From the IMG/VR virus record IMGVR_UViG_3300037420_000354, positions 1 through 57,190 of that record: a DNA stretch of 57,190 nt; one strand, 5' to 3'. The translations under genes and the position numbers were made by a program. The stretch comes from a virus. Taxonomy: Duplodnaviria; Caudoviricetes. Shown here piece after piece: positions 54,423-57,190 of this stretch. The notes beneath the pieces are model-generated. The model worked only from the letters and a program-made list of their open reading frames with translations, made no database searches and was not told where the DNA came from. Numbering within the stretch: the first letter of the stretch is position 1; the number at the start of each line of letters is the position of its first letter.

Positions 54423-56750
54423 CTATCGCGCCTGCGGGAATTGTGTAACCTGCGCAGTCTGCGAAGGCTGCTGCACAATCTGCCGCGGAGGGGCCGCATG
54501 TCCTGGCACGACGCTTTCCAGCAGTCGCATGATGTAGTCCAGGTTCTGTGTCTGCTGTTGCTGGTTAATGCTCATTTGCGTGATCATCTGCTGATAGGCG
54601 AATTCACGCTCTTGCAGAGAAAGCTTCTGCGCTTCGACGTCAGCCTTGATATGCTCGATCTGCAGTTTCGTATCAGCGTCAAGCTGGGCCTTGCTCATGG
54701 TGCCCTTCTGCTTGAGCATCTCCAACTGGGCCTCAGGTGGCGGGCCATCGTCCTGCTTCGGCGGTGCAACGGTAAAGAACCTGTCGCCATCCTTATAGCC
54801 GCAGAGGCCCCATGCTTCCTGCAGGAGAGCTGCGCCATTGGGCTGGATGCCCTGCTCCTGAAGCAGAGGGGCCAAGTCCTTGGTGATATTGACGCCGCCC
54901 ATGAATTTCTGCATGCGCTGTGTAGTGTCGAGCGCACCGATGCCGACATTCACCTTGACCGCGACTTGGGCCTTGTCGAGATTGCTCAAAGCATCGTGGA
55001 TCGTGATCGGCGGTTCAAATGGGTTCTGCGCCTCTTCGGCGTCCTGCTGCTGCCCCTGCGGGTCGAGCGGCTTCTTGCTGCTGCCTTGGCCCGCTACCAG
55101 GTTTTCGATCAGTCCGGCGCGATCACCGGCAACGGAGATCACCACTTCATCGGATTCGTAATGCTTGATGAGTTTGACGACCTGGGAAAGCACGGGCTCT
55201 ACCCAAGTCTCAACCCATACCCGGAGATCGAATTCCGTCAGAGCGCCGGCAGAGGCGGACAGCAACTGCATCCCGCCAACGGTCTCATTGAGCATGCGGT
55301 TAGATTGAACAGAACCTTGAGCAAAGACGCCAGCAAGCTCGTCCATGTCGTTGGACATGATGTTGACGGCCATCTGCGAGTTGCCATCAGGTGAAGGCGC
55401 CCGGTCGAAGGTGACATCATCCATGGACTGTACGAGGATTGCCGCATCAGGGCCGCGGTTCTGGACCTGCTTGAGATCGACGCCCCTACCCTTCATGATC
55501 TTGGTAATGGGCGAGATCGACATCTTCATCGCATCTAGTGCGAGATTGGTGGTGTCGTTGATCTCCATTTGCAGCGGCTGCCAGCTTTCGACCGGCGCCA
55601 TGGGATGCGTCTTGTGGGCCTCAAGGGCGCCGAGACCGCGGACATATGGCCTGTCGCCGAACTGCTCTGGATAGCTCTCGATCGTCGGTCGCGGATCGCT
55701 CAAGAGGATGTTGTCGCCCAACATCCAGAAATGCCAGTCCTCGCCGTCCTTGCGGTAGAAGACTTCATACAGCCATACGGTTTCGTTGTCCTTGCCTTGA
55801 AACGCGCTGTCATAGGGGTCGATGCCATCGCCACGGGCGCGCCTGACCGATGCGGCATTGTCCTGCTTCTGCGCCTTGGCCTGGCGAAGCTTGGCAAGAT
55901 CGATATCGTCCCGCCACTTCCCGCCGCCCATGACGTTGCGGGTCGCCTGCTGCGCAACAATGTATTCGACATCGTCAATGCGCGCCGGCATGGCGGCGAT
56001 AAAGAACCCGCCCTCTTGGATCGGATCGCGCCAGTCGCCTGTTCTGTCGATCAAAGCATGTTCCGGTGGAATGAGCGTGATCATCGGCCGATCGCGGACG
56101 ATGTCGACCGTATCCTGAATGCCTTGTTCAACACTTGTCGTCATCACTGGCTGGCCAGTAGCCATGTCGATGATCGGCATGCCAGTTTCGTCAAGCGCCA
56201 TGGTCTGTGTCTGAACATCGACATAGGTAGAGACGACGCGCTCTTCGTACTCCCAATATTGCTTTGAAACGCAAATGCCCGTGAGCTGGGTATCCTGCCT
56301 TGCACCGATGGCGGTCAGGAACCAATTCGGGCCGGCCCATTTGTTTGATCGGTCGAGGCGATAGTTCAGGTCCTCGTGCAGGAACCTCGCCATGGACATC
56401 TGCAGCTTGTCGCTGGCGCGCTCCGGCGTGATGGACACCACATCCTCTGTCGAGAACATGGAGGCCGCTGCGGTGGCATCGTTCTTGCGGACAGCCGCCC
56501 TGGTCTTGGGCTTGAACAGTTTCGAGCGCGAGCGGTAGCGATAGGTATCATATTTCGAGCCGTTGAAATGCCGGTTTGCGAATGCCCGATAGTTCCGCGA
56601 CCATGCCGCCTGCAGTTTTGAAGTCTGGTGATCCTCGGCCGACTTCTTCGCGTTCTTGAACAGGTCGATCCACTGCTTGTCATCGGCGGGAGTGCTGTCG
56701 CTCTGGCGCGTGAAATCCTCGCCGGGGACGCGGTTATTTGAGGGGTTCAA
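54423..56750 (-). CDS. portal protein
   Basis: RSKLFKPKTR, LQMEINDTTN..LD, ETVGGM, VKVNVGIGA, Q-rich C-terminal barrel; P22-like portal size. Confidence 0.8.
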   Translation of the reverse strand: MNPSNNRVPGEDFTRQSDSTPADDKQWIDLFKNAKKSAEDHQTSKLQAAWSRNYRAFANRHFNGSKYDTYRYRSRSKLFKPKTRAAVRKNDATAAASMFSTEDVVSITPERASDKLQMSMARFLHEDLNYRLDRSNKWAGPNWFLTAIGARQDTQLTGICVSKQYWEYEERVVSTYVDVQTQTMALDETGMPIIDMATGQPVMTTSVEQGIQDTVDIVRDRPMITLIPPEHALIDRTGDWRDPIQEGGFFIAAMPARIDDVEYIVAQQATRNVMGGGKWRDDIDLAKLRQAKAQKQDNAASVRRARGDGIDPYDSAFQGKDNETVWLYEVFYRKDGEDWHFWMLGDNILLSDPRPTIESYPEQFGDRPYVRGLGALEAHKTHPMAPVESWQPLQMEINDTTNLALDAMKMSISPITKIMKGRGVDLKQVQNRGPDAAILVQSMDDVTFDRAPSPDGNSQMAVNIMSNDMDELAGVFAQGSVQSNRMLNETVGGMQLLSASAGALTEFDLRVWVETWVEPVLSQVVKLIKHYESDEVVISVAGDRAGLIENLVAGQGSSKKPLDPQGQQQDAEEAQNPFEPPITIHDALSNLDKAQVAVKVNVGIGALDTTQRMQKFMGGVNITKDLAPLLQEQGIQPNGAALLQEAWGLCGYKDGDRFFTVAPPKQDDGPPPEAQLEMLKQKGTMSKAQLDADTKLQIEHIKADVEAQKLSLQEREFAYQQMITQMSINQQQQTQNLDYIMRLLESVVPGHAAPPRQIVQQPSQTAQVTQFPQAR

Positions 56751-57117
56751 GGTGACCTCGTCCGTTGCCGATTGGGAAGCGCTCCAGCGCGGCGCGCCAG
56801 TGGTCGGTAGTGAAGCCGGAGCGGGGGATGTTATAGCGCTCCAGAAGCTCTCCAGCGCCTTTGAGGATGGTGCGCTTGCCGCCAGGATCGGTCAGGACAT
56901 CGCGGAACTTCACCACATACCAGCGATCAGGCGGCATGATGCCCCTGATCTGCAACTGGATCACGGCGTTGTATTTGTCGCCGCGGACTTCGACAAACCA
57001 CGGATAGCCGGGATAATGGCGGTGCAACATCTCGCCCGCCCACTTCGCCGTCTCGACTTCCATGCGGCCGTATTCGTTGCCGCCATCATCGCCGCACTCG
57101 TAGTTCAGTTTGAACAT
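56734..57117 (-). CDS. hypothetical protein upstream of portal
   Basis: HYPGYPW.V motif; overlaps the portal start. Confidence 0.65.
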   Translation of the reverse strand: MFKLNYECGDDGGNEYGRMEVETAKWAGEMLHRHYPGYPWFVEVRGDKYNAVIQLQIRGIMPPDRWYVVKFRDVLTDPGGKRTILKGAGELLERYNIPRSGFTTDHWRAALERFPIGNGRGHLEPLK

Positions 57118-57190
57118 GGTCCGCCTAATTCCCGGTCACATACCGGCCATAGAGATCAACGACATAGTTGCCGTCGTCATCCGTGACCCA

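Noticed and set aside
54090-55394. 434-aa plus-strand ORF
   Set aside because: Antisense shadow of the portal gene in GC-rich DNA

Overview
This window is most of a temperate podovirus-like phage genome, probably from a Rhizobiales/alphaproteobacterial host (inferred from gene content and a tRNA-Pro att core). It appears to be in the excised (attP) configuration. The + strand (1-17.4 kb) carries early and accessory genes: a RecT-like recombinase, HNH nucleases, xis/int, an attP core matching the 3' half of tRNA-Pro(CGG), and many small hypothetical genes. It ends in a Ro60/TROVE gene preceded by three tandem Y-RNA-like RNAs and followed by a small HTH gene. The - strand (57.1-17.4 kb) is the late operon: portal, scaffold, major capsid, tail tube/adaptor proteins, ejection proteins including a ~2,940-aa polyvalent protein, several tailspikes, a GH19 endolysin, a holin candidate and spanins, with morons interspersed. 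Two features stand out. (1) In the Ro60/Y-RNA array each RNA displays a different anticodon-like loop (Phe GAA, Thr UGU, Pro UGG); two contain circularly permuted tRNA domains, one of them nearly a complete tRNA-Pro. (2) The major capsid gene is split by two group I introns, one encoding an HNH endonuclease. All calls come from reading motifs by eye; no searches were run.
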